Assembly: GCA_001938485.1 (NCBI GenBank)
Contig: MQRK01246750.1
Span: forward strand, 62,001-126,000
Length of the DNA stretch: 64,000 nucleotides
Source: Girardia tigrina
Taxonomy: Eukaryota
Reading direction: 5' to 3'
Shown here: positions 39,297 through 52,940 of the stretch, one piece after another
How the letters are laid out: each line of letters begins with the position of its first letter
Numbering within the stretch: the stretch's first letter is position 1
Notes under the pieces: model-generated
Database searches by the model: none
The model's input: only the letters and a program-made list of their open reading frames with translations
Told to the model about the DNA's origin: nothing
Program-made: the position numbers and the translations under genes

Positions 39297-39859
39297 TTTC
39301 TTAAAAAAGTTTTAAGAGTTATTTTTCACATATTTATATCATAGAATCTTCATTAAAATAAATATAATAAACGCTGATAAGATCATCGCACGTCAGAAAA
39401 AGGAATTTATTTTTTAAAAAGTTTCATAATTTTGATATTTCATACTATTTTCATCTATTTGTAAATTTTAAAATTTATATGTAATTTTAAAGTTAAGTCC
39501 CTTAAAGAGGTTAGAATTCTTCAATTAATTTTTCCGAGAATCTTCTTAAATTACTTTGGAATATTTTCATGACACTCCTAATATTTTTATCAATGTAAAT
39601 TATACAGAACATAAATTTTTTTGGGAAAATTTTGCTGTGAAATTCGTTAATAATTATCATACCTCTAACATAGGATTTATGGTCATCGATTTAGGAACAA
39701 TCTTGTTAATCAATAAGTTAATTAACAAGGTGTTAAACTTATTCAAAAAAACATTTCGAAAATAGAAGCATTTGAATATATATTAGAATGTCGGCTTACA
39801 CAGAAAAATGTCCGACAAGTACCTAAAATGTTTTTAAATAACTTGTATCTCAGTAAAAA

Positions 39860-41133
39860 TTACATATATCAAGTTGTTTCAAAAGAAATACAAGTTTTTT
39901 AACCTTAAAGTAAATTGTGGCGACTTAATTTCAAAAAAAAATTGATTGAAATAATTCGTTGAAGGCATTTTTATTATCGTCTTATTAGGGTGAAACAAAA
40001 GTCTTTTCGTAATTTTTATTAAAAATTTAAATATAATTTTATAACAAATAAAAAAACATTTAAGTTTCAAAGTAAAAGCCATTTGAATCTATAGCTTGAA
40101 CCCTTCTATGGGCAAGTTGTGCGATCCCGCTGAGGTACCAATCCTTGTTCTTAGAAGCGAAGAACTGGTGACACCCGTTTACGACCTCGACCAGGTTATT
40201 GAAGCTGCGACCACGAAGAAAGTGTACCATAGAGCGGAAAAGGTGATAGTCGGATGGCGCAAGATCCGGACTATACGCTGGGTGTGAAAGAAGTTCAAAG
40301 GTGTCGAGATTTGTGATATTTTTTTGTTTGTTTGGCGATGTGCGGTTTTGAATTGTCCTGTTGTAGAAGAACTCGATTGATCAAAGTGGGGTATTTGTCG
40401 CCAAGTGCCGCATACATTCGATCAAGTTAGGCACAGTAAAGGTCAGCGTCGATGGTACGATCATTTGGAACCAGCTCGGAGTGAATCACGCCTTCGAAAT
40501 TCCACCAAACACACAAAAGTGCCTTCCTTGAGAAACGATCTCGTTTTGCTACCGGTTTCACCATTTATCCTGGGTCTAACCATTGATTTTGTTGGTCTGG
40601 ATTACTGAACTAAACCCACTTTTCATCGCAAGTTACAATTCGATGGATAAAACGGTCATCGCACGGATTTTCAAGCAATTTTTGACAAGTTTCGAAACGC
40701 TTTTTGACTTTAATTTGTGTCAATTCATGAGGCACTTTTCGACATCGTCTATTGACCTTGCCAAGAGCGTGAAGGTGTCGTACAATAAATTTTTGAGGAA
40801 ACTCGAGTTCGGCCGACAATTTGCAAGTACTTATTGATAGATTTGTCTCGAGGGCTTCACGAATTGCTCCGGAATCTACAGTGAAAGGTCGGCCTGAACG
40901 TACATTGTCTCCGAGGTCAATGTCGCCTTCGTTGAACCTTTTGAACCAATTTTGTGCAGTACGATTTGAGACCACATTATCGCCTTCACCTTCGCATATC
41001 TTCTTTGTTGCTGCAGTTGCGTTTAAGCCCTAGTTCCAGTAATGGCGTAAAAGAACACGAATTTCAAAATTTTCCATGATTTTTCTAAAAGACCATAAAA
41101 ATTATATTAACGACTAATTAGAAGTTTTAATAT

Positions 41134-41170
<37 letters not shown>

Positions 41171-41265
41171 GATAGAGCAGTTCAAGAGGTTTAAAAACAT
41201 ATACACATGTATAAANCTAAAAGACCATAAAAATTATATTAACGACTAATTAGAAGTTTTAATAT

Positions 41266-41304
<39 letters not shown>

Positions 41305-42200
41305 GATAGAGCAGTTCAAGAGGTTTAAAAACATATACACATGTATAAAAATATCTTTATTTGGTAATAAGAAACAATAGAACAAAAAGACGTAGAAAAT
41401 ATGAAAAGACTTTTGGTTCACCCTAATAGTTTATGAAGCACTAATTCTCGAGGAAGTTTTACAAATGTTTGAAGAATGATAGTCGGTCGACAAGAGGTCA
41501 CTTGAGTCTTCCTTCAACTTCTGTATGGTCAGTTGTAAGACATGTGACCGAGCGTTATCATGAAGAAAAATCAGTTTTTTTCTGAGCAATGCTGAGCACG
41601 TTCGTTGAAATTTTGGTACGTTTCATAGATTTGTTGGCAGTTCTTTTCTGTTGTAATTTTTTCACCTGGTTTCAGGAAGCTGTGTTTGATTAGCTTTTTA
41701 GAAGATCCACTTTTTATTGCGCAATACAATTCGGTCGAGAAACAGATCATTTTTTATGAGTTTAAGAAGAGACGATGACAATTCAAAACAGCATTTTTTT
41801 ATTTTAGTTAAATTCCTACAGCACTCACTTTTCGAGCTTTTTTGACTTACTGATTTGCTTCACATTGCGAGAAACAAATGAGGGATCAACATGGAGCTCT
41901 TTTACGAGCATCCAAATAATTGTGCAAGGATCATTCTCAATCAACACCTTCAATTGGTCATTGTCAATCCCCGATTGGCGGAAACCATAAGGCTCATATT
42001 AAAAGCTGGTATTACTAGAGCGAAACTTTGAACATCAGCACTGTACACTCGTTGACACATCCTTTGTCTAACACTTCACTAATGTTTTGAGTTATTTGAG
42101 CTATATAACGCCCTAAATTGAACTCATAAAAGAAAATATTGTCAAAATCCCGTTTTGATATCATCAAACTAAAAGTCATTTTGACTTAAAAAATTCGAAA
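39860..42200 (-). mobile_element. Older decayed mariner that hosts the 39985-41426 insertion
   Basis: FLHDNARSHV and TDYH.FKHL*NFLEN at 41430-41580 continue as DDNKNAFNE on the left of 39983. Confidence 0.6.
39985..41426 (-). mobile_element. Mariner element, full length, defective
   Basis: TIRs TTAGGGTGAAACAAAAGTCTTTTC and GAAAAGACTTTTGGTTCACCCTAA with TA TSDs. Motifs RSGRP, VPHEL, TCDEKW. Confidence 0.92.
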
Positions 42201-42256
42201 TATAATTGAAATAAATATTTAGAAAGAATATAAAATAAGCTTTCAAATGATAAATA

Positions 42257-43130
42257 CTGTATTACTCCGATTTAACTCCGCGGCGTTGATTTCAAATGCG
42301 GATTAGAAGATACAGCGTTAAATCGTAAAACGAGTTTATTTTATTAAAATTAAAATATTTTATTAAAAAACAATAATTTGTTTGGAAATATATAATATTG
42401 ACGCTTATTTTTTTATAGAACAGAATGCCGAGCAAACGATCACATGACCTTGCTTTCAAAAAGAGAGTAGTCGACCTATCAAAAATCATGGGAAATCGTC
42501 CAGTAGCAGTTCAGTTTCATGTTGAATAAAAACGGATTCATAAGTGGAGACAAAGGAAAGTAACTGGAAAGTTTTCAGATCTTAATAAATCAATACGACA
42601 ACATCTTTCTGGTAGTGGTCTTAAAGCTATTAATGAAGAAATGAAAATTAAATTATGACAGTGGATTTCAGATGAGCGCTCGCTCTTTCAAGCAAATTTA
42701 TATGCACCAAGATTACTAATCTAGCCAACGATTTCCATTTCAAAGCAAACCGTGGATGGATAGAAAAGTTTATGACGCGTCTTAATTTCGTCTTTTGTAG
42801 TAAAACAACAACTGGACCACGACTTTCACCAGAGTTATCAGAGCAAGTAATGGATTTTGTCTGTTAATACAAAGAACAACGATGCCAACATCAACTACAG
42901 CCAGAAAATATTGGTAACATGGATGAAACCGCAATATGGGAGGATGTGCCTGAAGATGTAACAGTCTATACTTACGACTGGACATGAAAAAATAGCATCA
43001 CATTGTGCCTGTCAGCTATAACTGATAATATAAATTACCTCCTTTTGTCGTGTTTAAAGGAAAAAGAATACCGACGGGGTTGATAGGAATATGAGGTGTC
43101 ATCATTGAACTGTTTGACAATGGTTGGATG
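42257..43130 (+). mobile_element. pogo/Tc2-like transposase remnant
   Basis: MPSKRSHDLAFKKRVV, FKANRGWIEKFM, IGNMDET, KLPPFVVFKG, NGWM. Confidence 0.8.
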
Positions 43131-44189
43131 AAGCCGAACAATTTATATAATAAAAAGAAGGTTTTTTGATATACATTTGCTTTAAATAAAACAAATCAAA
43201 AACCTGCATTTCTTTTGCAACAACCTTATAACATTTTGCAAGAGAAAAGATTAAGGAAAAAAAGAAAAGAGATCTCAAAGATCTTTTATAATCAACCAGA
43301 AAGAAAACATTGTTTTTTTTCGATTATTATATGCAACAAAATCACCAATTCAAATTAGAATATTTTATTTATATTTTAAAACTTTAAATTTTGTTTCTTC
43401 AACATTTCTCGTACAAACTTCATCAGTTTTTTTGCGTTATTTCCAACACAAGTTTGATTACATACTAAATTTACAGATTAAAACAAAATTTACCAAATTT
43501 ATAATTTGACATTTTCAATTGCTGGTAGAGCTTTTGTGGAATAATTCATGTAAAAACAACATTTAAAAAATGTTTTAATTTAATGAATGTGTTTACCGCT
43601 TCATATTGCTTCATTTTTGATGGTTTATATTTTTTAAAAAATATTAATTTTATAATAGGAATGAATTTTTGAATTTTACGGCAATTATAAAAAGAAATCT
43701 TCTGAAAGATAATAGAAAAGAAAAATGTATTTTTCGGAAAAAAATCAAAATGTGAATAAAGAATATTTTTCGAATTTTAATTTTAAAAGAAATCTTTGAG
43801 TAATTCTTATTTTGAGAATGGACTTGATCCAAAAAAAATAAAAATAATTGAGTTGGGATTTCTTTTCGTTTATCCGATATTAGAAGAGTATAATCATTTG
43901 TTGGGAAAATTCAAAAGGAAGAAAAAACTATTTTTTTTAACTATTATTTTAAGATTTTTATTTAACAAAAAACATTTACTAACAGAATATGTGTTTTTTT
44001 TAACATTCTCTTTTAACGTTTATATAAAATAGCATAAATAAAATATATAAATATCTACGTTTGAAGGTCTTTGAAAGAATTTTTAATAATAATAGTGACG
44101 AATTACAACGAAAACATTGGAAAGAAATTGAGAGGATCTAGACAAAACTTTTTTAATAACTTGGAATATTATCGCCTTCAGTCTTCAAA

Positions 44190-44535
44190 TGAGAACTTCT
44201 TTATCATGCGCTAAGACAAGTAGTAAAAAATTAGCAACAGATCAGAATAGCCAAAGGTTTATCTTTATTGAGAATGTTTCAATCAAAATATAGTTTTTTA
44301 TGCTTTACGAATTAAATGAATCGCTTTCCTTTGGAATATAATAATATAATATTAATTTAATATAATAATATAATATTAATTAAAGGATGACAAAGGATTT
44401 CCTTCTTTCCTTTGGGTCAAAGGTTGTAGGAGCTAGCCAGCCCTTAATGACATAGAACTTTGATGTGTCATGTTTTGTGGTTTCAAAATTGGAAAACAAA
44501 CTCCAAACTGTGTGGACTAAGCTCTTTATCATTAT
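44190..44535. repeat. Patchwork of three near-identical copies of nearby sequence
   Basis: 44190-44333 is rc(46523-46665). 44388-44460 is rc(47067-47141). 44471-44531 matches 39168-39230. Confidence 0.85.
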
Positions 44536-44599
44536 ATTATTATATTCCTTAAACTTCAAATAATATTAATTTTGAAAAGATAAAAAGTATGAATGATGA

Positions 44600-45148
44600 T
44601 TTATTTTTATAGATCTTTAAACATGGAAGTGGATTTCTTTAAATACCATTGTTAGGTTCTGTTAAGAACATTAAGACAATTTTCATTTGAATTTTTATTA
44701 TTATCACATTTAGAGTCATCACAACTCTCGGAAGATCGTTCCCAATTTGACGTTGCTCTAATTGGTTTTTTTATTTATATTTTTAATCATGATTTTTCGA
44801 ACAATTTTTCTAAATCTTTTTAAAATATTTAATTTGTAAAAATACTATTTAAAAATAATAATTTTAACTATTTCTCTATAAAAACTCAAAATAATAAAAA
44901 TTTTATAAAATTGTAAAAAATGAATTTAATTTAAATCTAATTAAATTCTTTTCTTTTTTTTAAACATTAAACTTATAAAATTATCAAATTATTATTTTAA
45001 TTATGTTCGAATAGTCAACCACTGTAAATATAAAAAATACCAATTTCCATCTTGGTGGGAGAATCACTACTCTAAATTCAACAAACTCAAATCAACATAC
45101 AGCATCACTACATTTACACATTCAAACAATTTAAAATATTCCTCACAG
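44600..45148 (+). mobile_element. Decayed PLE-like repeat (paralog of 28080-29280 and 55330-55862)
   Basis: Clear nucleotide homology, e.g. ctcaaatcaacatacagcatcactacattt. Confidence 0.45.
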
Positions 45149-45382
45149 GTTCGATATCAACAGTTGAAGTGATGACACCAAAATTTTATAAATATAACAC
45201 ATTAATATATTTTTCAAACAAATTTTCTAGGAACATTTTTTCTTTTGAACAAACCATTTATACATATAGATAATGAAATATAAATATGAATACTTAATTT
45301 ATTATTTCTTTAATTTGGGAATCTTCGAAATTAATTTTACAATATTACTTTTATTAAATTTTAGCCTTTATAATTTCGTTAA

Positions 45383-45632
45383 CCTTACAATGCGTCGTTA
45401 TTCTTATTTGAATCAACGACATTTTATCTCAATATTTTTTTAACCAACTCCCATTCCCTGAGTATTAACGTATTGTGAATCTATAAACAATATCTATGGA
45501 ACGATTAATAACCCGCCGGCATCGTTGCAATCTATTTTACAGATGAAAACGACAGTAATAGTAATAGTAATAGAAATAGAAATAGAAAAAATAGTAATAG
45601 AAAAGTATAATAAAAAATGGCGCATTGTAGAG
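45383..45632. mobile_element. piggyBac-type MITE (250 bp)
   Basis: TTAA|CCTTACAATGCG...CGCATTGTAGAG|TTAA. Confidence 0.65.
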
Positions 45633-46449
45633 TTAAAAATCTTTTATTTAATTTCAATTTAGAAATCTTCATTTCGGAGATTTTACAATTTATAAAGTTT
45701 TCATTTTAATCCTCAAAATATATATTTTTCTTTTATTTAAAAAAAATTTACCTAACTTTTCCAATTTATTATTATAAAAAATTTGCATTTAAAAAATCTT
45801 AAATTAAAGCTCCTCATTTTTGTTTTAATCAAATTTTCATTTTTTATAATGATTTTTTAATAATGAAATTATCATTTTAGACTTTAATTTAAAATATTTT
45901 CAAACCGTAAAATGTTTCAATGTTTTAATTTATAAAGACACTTTTAAATATTTTGAAAATTCCTTTGAGAGATTTCTAATACTAAAATTCAAAATTATTT
46001 GTGAGCTCCACAAAATCCTAACAATTACAACCATTTTTTAATTTTATTAAATAAATGAAGATAAATTCGATTTCTTTCACGGATTTTGAAACTTTTTTGG
46101 TGCATTTTAAGCTCTACAATATGACTTATAATATTGCACTGGTGCAAGAACAGTTTTAGATGGTCTTCATTAATTGAAGATTGCTAAATTCAGAAATGAC
46201 TCCCTCTTTATATTGACTCCCTCAGTTTATTTACAAAATATTAATCTTTAAGTTGATTTCCTGTAACATTTGATATCATATCGCATCACATGTTGTATCT
46301 TCAATCTTGATGTGGGACATGGGCTTTGTTGACTGCTTGAATTAGTTACCAGGTGTCTGAAAACAATGGCAATTTAACTTTTGAATAGTTAGAATCACAA
46401 TAAATATAATAATTTGTATGTTATTTGGAGCTCTTTTAATCTAGATTTC

Positions 46450-47146
46450 AAATGTCGCAAAAGTGTATGAATAGAGCGGATATTTGCCATTCTATCTGCA
46501 GCAAATTTACGAATGAATTTCAACAAAGGAAAGCGATTCATTTAATTCGTAAAGCATAAAAACTATATTTTGATTGAAACATTCTCAATAAGGATAAACC
46601 TTTAGCTATTCTGATCTGTTGCTAATTTTTTACTACTTGTCTTAGCGCATGATAAAGAAGTTCTCGTTTTTCAATGTCTTTACGTGCTCCTATGGTCTCA
46701 AGGGAACAAAAGGGTCATGATGGTTTCTTGTGTCTGATAATTTATATATTGAAATTTTCTTTTAAAAATAGGAAAGTAATTCTAAATCCAAATCTTGTTT
46801 ATCCCTCGATGTCAGTTTCACTGAATCTGTCCATCAAATGAGTTATATGCTGAATGAAGAACATTAATTAGAAACAGAATGAAATACAGACAGATAGTAA
46901 AGTTGAAAGAAGCATTTTGGAATTTTGATACTTTTTTAGAAAATTATTTACGATAAATACAATTTGTAGATATTTTCAGATTTAAAGGTTCGATTTTGAA
47001 GTTGCCATTTTGGTATAAAAAGTACTGCTGTTTCGTAAGCAAGTGAAAGAGTTGAGATAAGAGTTCAGTTCCATGTCATTAAGGGCTGGCTAGCTCCTAC
47101 AACCTTTGACCCAAAGGAAAGAAGGAAATCCTTTGTCATCATTTAA
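46450..47146 (+). mobile_element. Chapaev3-like (CMC) transposase remnant
   Basis: KA*KLYFD*NILNKDKPLAILICC and APMVSREQKGH resemble YFG..DQDKPWAPHICC..PMVWREQ..H. DPKERR resembles P.EWRLF. Confidence 0.55.
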
Positions 47147-47183
47147 TTGATCCAAAAATGTTCTATTACCTTTCATGTACATA

Positions 47184-48466
47184 TTAGGTTGGCCAAAAAA
47201 GTCATTGCGTTTTTGAGTACGTCCTAATAAAAAGCTTGAAAATATAAAACGATGTGATAAAATCTAAATTCAATTATATATTCTGAAACCTTAATTTTCA
47301 GACTATGTTTATACAAAATAAAAATTGATTTTGTTTTAATTTATTACTTTACCGTCAATTCGAAATGGAAACTCAAAATGAGCATATTCTTCATGTTTTG
47401 ATGCATTATTTTCGCAAAGGGAAAACCGCTGTGACAGCTCATAAGAAGATATGTTTTGTATATGGTAGTGACTCCTTAAAACTTCGACTGTGTCAATACT
47501 GGTTTTCTAAATTTCGTTCTGAAAAATTTCATCTGAAAGATGCACCACGCTCCGGTCGACCAGTTGAAGTTGATGATGACAAAATAACAGTACTGATCAA
47601 ATCTAATCCACATATGACGACAAGAGAAGTTGCAGAGACTCTGGAAATATCAAAATCAAGTGTTGGAAGTCATTTAAAGAAACTTGGATTCGTCAGTAAA
47701 CTCGATATGTGGTTACCACATGAACTGAAAGAAATTCCTTTGGTAAAACGTATAGACATTTGCAATTCCCTTTTGAAGCGAGAACAAAGTGATCCATTTT
47801 TGAAGCGCTTGATTACGAGTGACGAAAAATGGATTGTTTACAACAATTTGGAACGCCGACGATCATGGACAAAACGTGGTGAGCCTGCCAAAACGATCCC
47901 AAAAGCAGAAATTCACCAAAAGAATGTTATGCTTTCCGTCTGGTGGGATTTTAAAGGAATTGTGTTTTTTGAACTCCTTCCGAGGAATGAAACCATCAAT
48001 TCAGACAGATATTGTGGTCAGCTGGAGAAATTGGCTCATCAATTCAACAGGAACGTCCTGAATTGGCAAATCGAAAAGGAGTTGTAATTCAGGATGATAA
48101 CACAAGACCGCATACAAGTTTGACCACTCGCCAGAAACTCTTATCACTGGATTGGGAAGTTTTGCAGCATCCATCGTATTCTCCAGACTTGGCTCCATCG
48201 GATTTTCACTTATTTAGATCACTGCAGAATTCCTTAAACAGAAAAACATTCGCCAGTGATGATGACATCAAATCGTTCCTAGACGGCTTTTTTGCTGACA
48301 AAGGCAAAGGTTTTTATGAATCAGGAATAATGAAGCTACTGGAAAGGTGGAAGAAAGTAATTGAAAATAATGGACATTATATTGTGTAAAATTATTTGTA
48401 CATCCATGTCATTTTTTGATAATAAATATTTTAGTAAATAATGCAATGACTTTTTGGCCAACCCAA
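47184..48466 (+). mobile_element. Mariner element (1283 bp), nearly intact
   Basis: TIRs TTAGGTTGGCCAAAAAAGTCATTGC and GCAATGACTTTTTGGCCAACCCAA with TA TSDs. Confidence 0.97.
47365..48389 (+). pseudogene. Mariner DD34D transposase with a single frameshift near 48034
   Basis: WLPHEL, TSDEKW, QDDNTRPH and YSPDLAPSD across two overlapping ORFs. Confidence 0.95.
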
Positions 48467-48902
48467 TATAACTGAGACGTATAAAGAACAACCTGGATTT
48501 TAAAGTATATCAAGCCATGTATTGCCTCCAACTACACAAATGTGGTCAACATCGTAATATAGCTAGATATGACTGCGGCCTATTTTTTTTAACTATTTTT
48601 AGAATTTGCTTGCACAAAAAATCAAATTAGATGATCCAAAGCAATGTGACCGATAAGGTATTTGGAAATATATCTTGAAGAAATATATCAACAAGTCGAG
48701 GACCAACATATCAGAGGACTACATCTGAATATTCTACGTAAAGTTTCGACCTCAGATGAAGGAGAACCATTTGAATAATTGTTTTTATATTCATGTAAAA
48801 TGAGTAATTATATATACTTTCTTGTCATCTTACTCCTAATGGTTCTATGTAAAGTTTCAGTTTATGGTAAACTCAGAAAACTTTTTCAGGTCAAGTCACA
48901 TC

Positions 48903-49510
48903 ATGTATTAAACTAACTCATAAGAATGGACTTTACAAAAATCAAAAGACATTTTACCAATAAATCATTGGATAAAAACGAATTTATTTCGTAATTCTTA
49001 AAAATTAATTAAAAATACATTAAAAACAATCAATTACATTCTCGGAAATCCGCCATCGGCAACTATCAATTGCCGTTTGAAAAAAACGATACGTTTACTC
49101 TATCGTTCCATACTTTAACCAGAAACGGAGATATATGATAAAGATAACAATTGATAGTCAACCAAAAGCTCATGTTTGAGATGAAACATCTCACACTCAA
49201 TGCAATCCACTCAATTTTAGACTTATTATCAAATCTATCGATTAGATTTTGGATGTTCGATTAGCTTTTGTTAGCTGTCAATTGTAATATTTTTCATATA
49301 CCTCGGTTACATTGTGAAGTACGGAAAGATAGAGTAAGTAATTGATGGCTGACAATGGTTGGTTTGCGAGAATGGAATTGATTGTTTTTAGTGTATTTTT
49401 ACTTATTTTTCAAGAATTATGAAATAAATTCATTTTATCCAATGATTAATTAGTTAAGCGTTTTTTTTAATTTTTGTAAAGTCCAGTATTATGTGCTAAT
49501 TTAATACAGG
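48903..49510. mobile_element. About 600-bp foldback MITE with long imperfect TIRs
   Basis: tgtattaaac...ggactttacaaaaat...aatcattggataaaa...aaaaacaatcaatt is mirrored on the right; arms exceed 250 bp. Confidence 0.75.
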
Positions 49511-51289
49511 TTTAATTTGTAAAATATTATTGTTTAACAATCATATTATCTTTAATTTTAATATACATAAATAGTTATCTTTTGTCATTTGAAAACAAAT
49601 AATTTAATATTATCAATCATTTTATATATTATCGTAATTATTGTCATTTATACCATCCATGCATAAAGTTCCGTAGATAGAATTTATAGAATTTCCTTCT
49701 ATATTTCCTGTCTAGTGGGTTTAGTAATTTAAGTATACTATAAACATTGTATAAACTAAGTTTTCTCTCTATACCAGAGATAAATATATCAAAAATTATA
49801 TTTTAAATCTCTTGTCGTGGATTTCGGGAAATATATTTATTGTTGATGGGTTTTATATTTTGTGAAGTTTAGGGGACTAAAAATTTAAATATTCATTCAA
49901 AACATCATACTGATTAATGGTTAATGGATAGTAAAGGAAGTGCTTTGAAATTTTCAGTCTCTGTTTTACTTTGAATCAAAAAAAACAAACAAGAATTTCT
50001 CTCGGCGGGTTTAAGATACTTTAAATTTCGTTGATTGTTTCACATAAATAATGAAACTTTATATTAGATTTAACTTTTAGTTTTTATTTGGATTTAATGG
50101 ATCGATTTTGAGCTACGTAGTGCCGAAAGGTTTCTTGAGCATATAAAATAGACATTATTTATTATATATTATACATTACTTAAATACAGGAGTAAGGTTG
50201 TGCTCTCTGCATTTTGACTTATTTTTTATATATGAGTTTCATATGTTATGTTATTTAGACCTTAGGTTTTAAGACTATGCATAAGATGCTTTCAGAACCG
50301 AGAAGAGGAAGAATGTAATTCAAATAATTGGGGCAGAGGTCACTTTTTGTTGTGACTCGAATATTGTCCACATCTTAGACAGTCACAATTAATTCAAAAC
50401 AAACAACAAATCACTAAGAGCCATCCGCTAACAAAATTTATTAAAAATTCAATTTATTCAATCAAGATTGTATTTGGGATTATTCAAACAAAATTATTTT
50501 CTTTTTTATGTTAATAATTAATTAATTAAACAAACTATAATTAATTAATTAATTAATTGTTAATAATAATAACTTTTTAAACCATTTATGTGAGAACAAT
50601 AAGATTAGGAAAAAGCATGAATAAACTTATTTTTTATTATTGTTTTCTTAATTTAATAAAAATTTAAATAAAAATTAATTCGAAATTTTAATTACTAAAA
50701 TTGTGTACTAAATAAATTGAAATAAAATTCAATTACGATTTTGGTAACGAATTAGTGGACTCAATTAAAAAAGTAAAAATCATTATAATTGTAATAATTA
50801 TAAATAAATAAATATTTGATATAGGTAAAAATATATATCTTGATATTAAAAAATCGATTAAAAAGGAACTTTAAAAAATTACATTTAATTACCGTGACAG
50901 AATAAAACAAACCAGTGAGTCGAATTATCCGGTCGTTCATCTGAAGCAGAATATTAATCCAGAACACCTCGAGTGATTCGGCTAACTAATTCCCAAATAA
51001 TCTTCGTCAACTAAATTCGTTTTAAACTATCTTCTGAAGTAATCGCAACCAATAAAAAGAATATTTTTCCCGCTCATACCTCTATCTATTTACTGAAATT
51101 CAGGTTTTTTGAAACTACGGAATCTAAGGTAGCCAAGGTCCAGTCGTTTCAGTTATGTTAGATTAATTATTTCGGTACGACTATCGCTGGACCAATTTGC
51201 TTGTTCAGAGACAATCACAAAACTTTTTATCTTTCCGTTTTATAGTTAACGAATTCTTAATAAACTTTTGTTAAACGAATCGTTTTCAT

Positions 51290-51490
51290 TTGAAGTGACT
51301 TGTCATATTTACATTGAAATTGATATCATTTGTGATACCACATTTTTGTAAATAGACAATGTTCGATATTTTACATGTATGCATTTCTCTACTTTCACTT
51401 CTTTTAATGCTTTATGTTTTACTGTGGTCATGTAGATTTTCTTTCGCACGTTTCGCCATCTTTATTATTGTACAACACTTACATTCTTTT
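51290..51490 (-). mobile_element. Neptune-type PLE fragment (Cys linker plus GIY motif)
   Basis: ECKCC...MHTCKISNIVYLQKC. Confidence 0.5.
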
Positions 51491-52439
51491 ATGATTCTCT
51501 GTAATTTTTATTTTATTGTATTTTTTTATTTCTTTATTTGCCTGTAAGATTGGGTTATAAAAAAAGAAAAGAGAAAGAAAAGAAGAAAAAATTATTGTTG
51601 AGAAAAAAAGAAAAAAAGAACAGATGACAGAAGAACAATAATTAATTATTTATTTATATAATTAATTGCCAAGGGCAATATATAGAATTAAATATATATA
51701 TATATGTGTGTGTGTGTGTGTTAATTTAAACGTATTACATTTGTTATAACTATTTTCAAATGAATTATAACTAATAATTCGGATTTTAAAAATATATACA
51801 ATTATTAAACAAACAATAAAAAGAAACAAATATCAAATCCAAATTTGAGAGAAAACATTCAATGAAAAGAAAAATAAATATTATATTTTATTATTTTCAA
51901 AGAAAAATAACAGAATTTTTTGTTTTAATTCATTAAAGAACATTTGAATTGATAATTTTGTCAGTTTTATTTCATCATAAATTCCGATTTTTAATATATT
52001 TCGATAATAATATAAAAATTTATTATGAAATTTGGAAAAATATTTTTCTTAATTCCTTACGCAATTTTGTGGTTTCATTGAGTCAATAATGTGAGTTGAA
52101 AATTCTTTTTGATATTTAACAAAAAAACAGAAAGATAAATAAAAGGAAACAATACAGATATGATAGCTTCCTTCTTTTGATTTATTCCTATTTATTAATT
52201 AATAGATAATGAAGATTATTGATCAATAAAAAGACAGTTAAATATAATGATAATAATAATTGTGATAAACAATTGTATGCTATATTATTTCCCATTATTA
52301 TTAATACAAAAATCACTGACTCTTATCTTCAAGAATACCAATAAAATTTTATATTTTTTACATTGGGGTTTAATTTAACAAAAATGTTTTGGTGATGAAA
52401 ATGTTTAAATGCAAACTTTTAAGTAATTCATGTAAAGTG

Positions 52440-52940
52440 TTTTATATCAGATATTTGGATCCTATAATTAACATTCAAACTGAAGTTTCTACAACTTTGA
52501 GAGTTTTAAAATGATTAAACGATGGTGCATTAATTAAATAGTCCCTAAGTGACACAATATAAGTAAATTTCTTCTTAAATATCCTGTTTTGATGGTGACA
52601 CAATATAAGTAAATTTCTTCTTAAATATCCTGTTTTGATGGTGACACAACCGGTGATATATAACCTGTCATAATATATCAAGTATCTCCCATATGGATGA
52701 AGGTTCCTACTGAGAATGCATCATAATGTTATCAGATTCATAATGACAATTAAAAACCAAAATAACTTCGCGATTCCAAATTTAAATAAATTACCTTAGC
52801 GAACGAGATACAAGAAGGGCGAAAAACACGACAATGCAAACCCGATGTAGAGGAACACATATGAGTTATACGTACTCTTAGGAATTAAAATTCAAAGGAA
52901 AATTTTTGAAAGTAATGATAAGAAATCATATACCAAAATA
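52440..52940 (-). mobile_element. Decayed CR1-like LINE C-terminus with a 46-bp tandem duplication (52549-52649)
   Basis: TYNSYVFLYIGFALSCFSP resembles LYxSYVRPxLEYAxxVWSP. YLIYYDRLYITGCVTIKTGYLRRNL resembles LxYxDRLxxLxLxTLxxRRxRxDL. Confidence 0.5.

Larger units (their letters stand above)
35235..39365 (-). mobile_element. 5'-truncated Penelope-like element with 3' pLTR and inverted 5' pLTR, interrupted by LINEs
   Basis: GLVHRVWSLFS (39230) and NLVYKF.CNGCKNSY (38870-38823), then the insertion, then ETNRHLKTRISEH (35730-35692). pLTR 35235-35365 is inverted at 39240-39365. Confidence 0.8.

Noticed and set aside
41085-41350. About 130-bp tandem duplication inside a mariner (similarly 57913-57997)
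   Set aside because: The near-identical copies flank an N, so this is most likely a contig-overlap artefact.
52787-52939. Apparent GPCR TM7-like exon (SCFSPFLY) with AG/GT borders on the minus strand, hinting at stop-codon reassignment
   Set aside because: It has in-frame stops and fits the CR1 LINE motif YVRPxLEY..WSP better, with further LINE motifs downstream.
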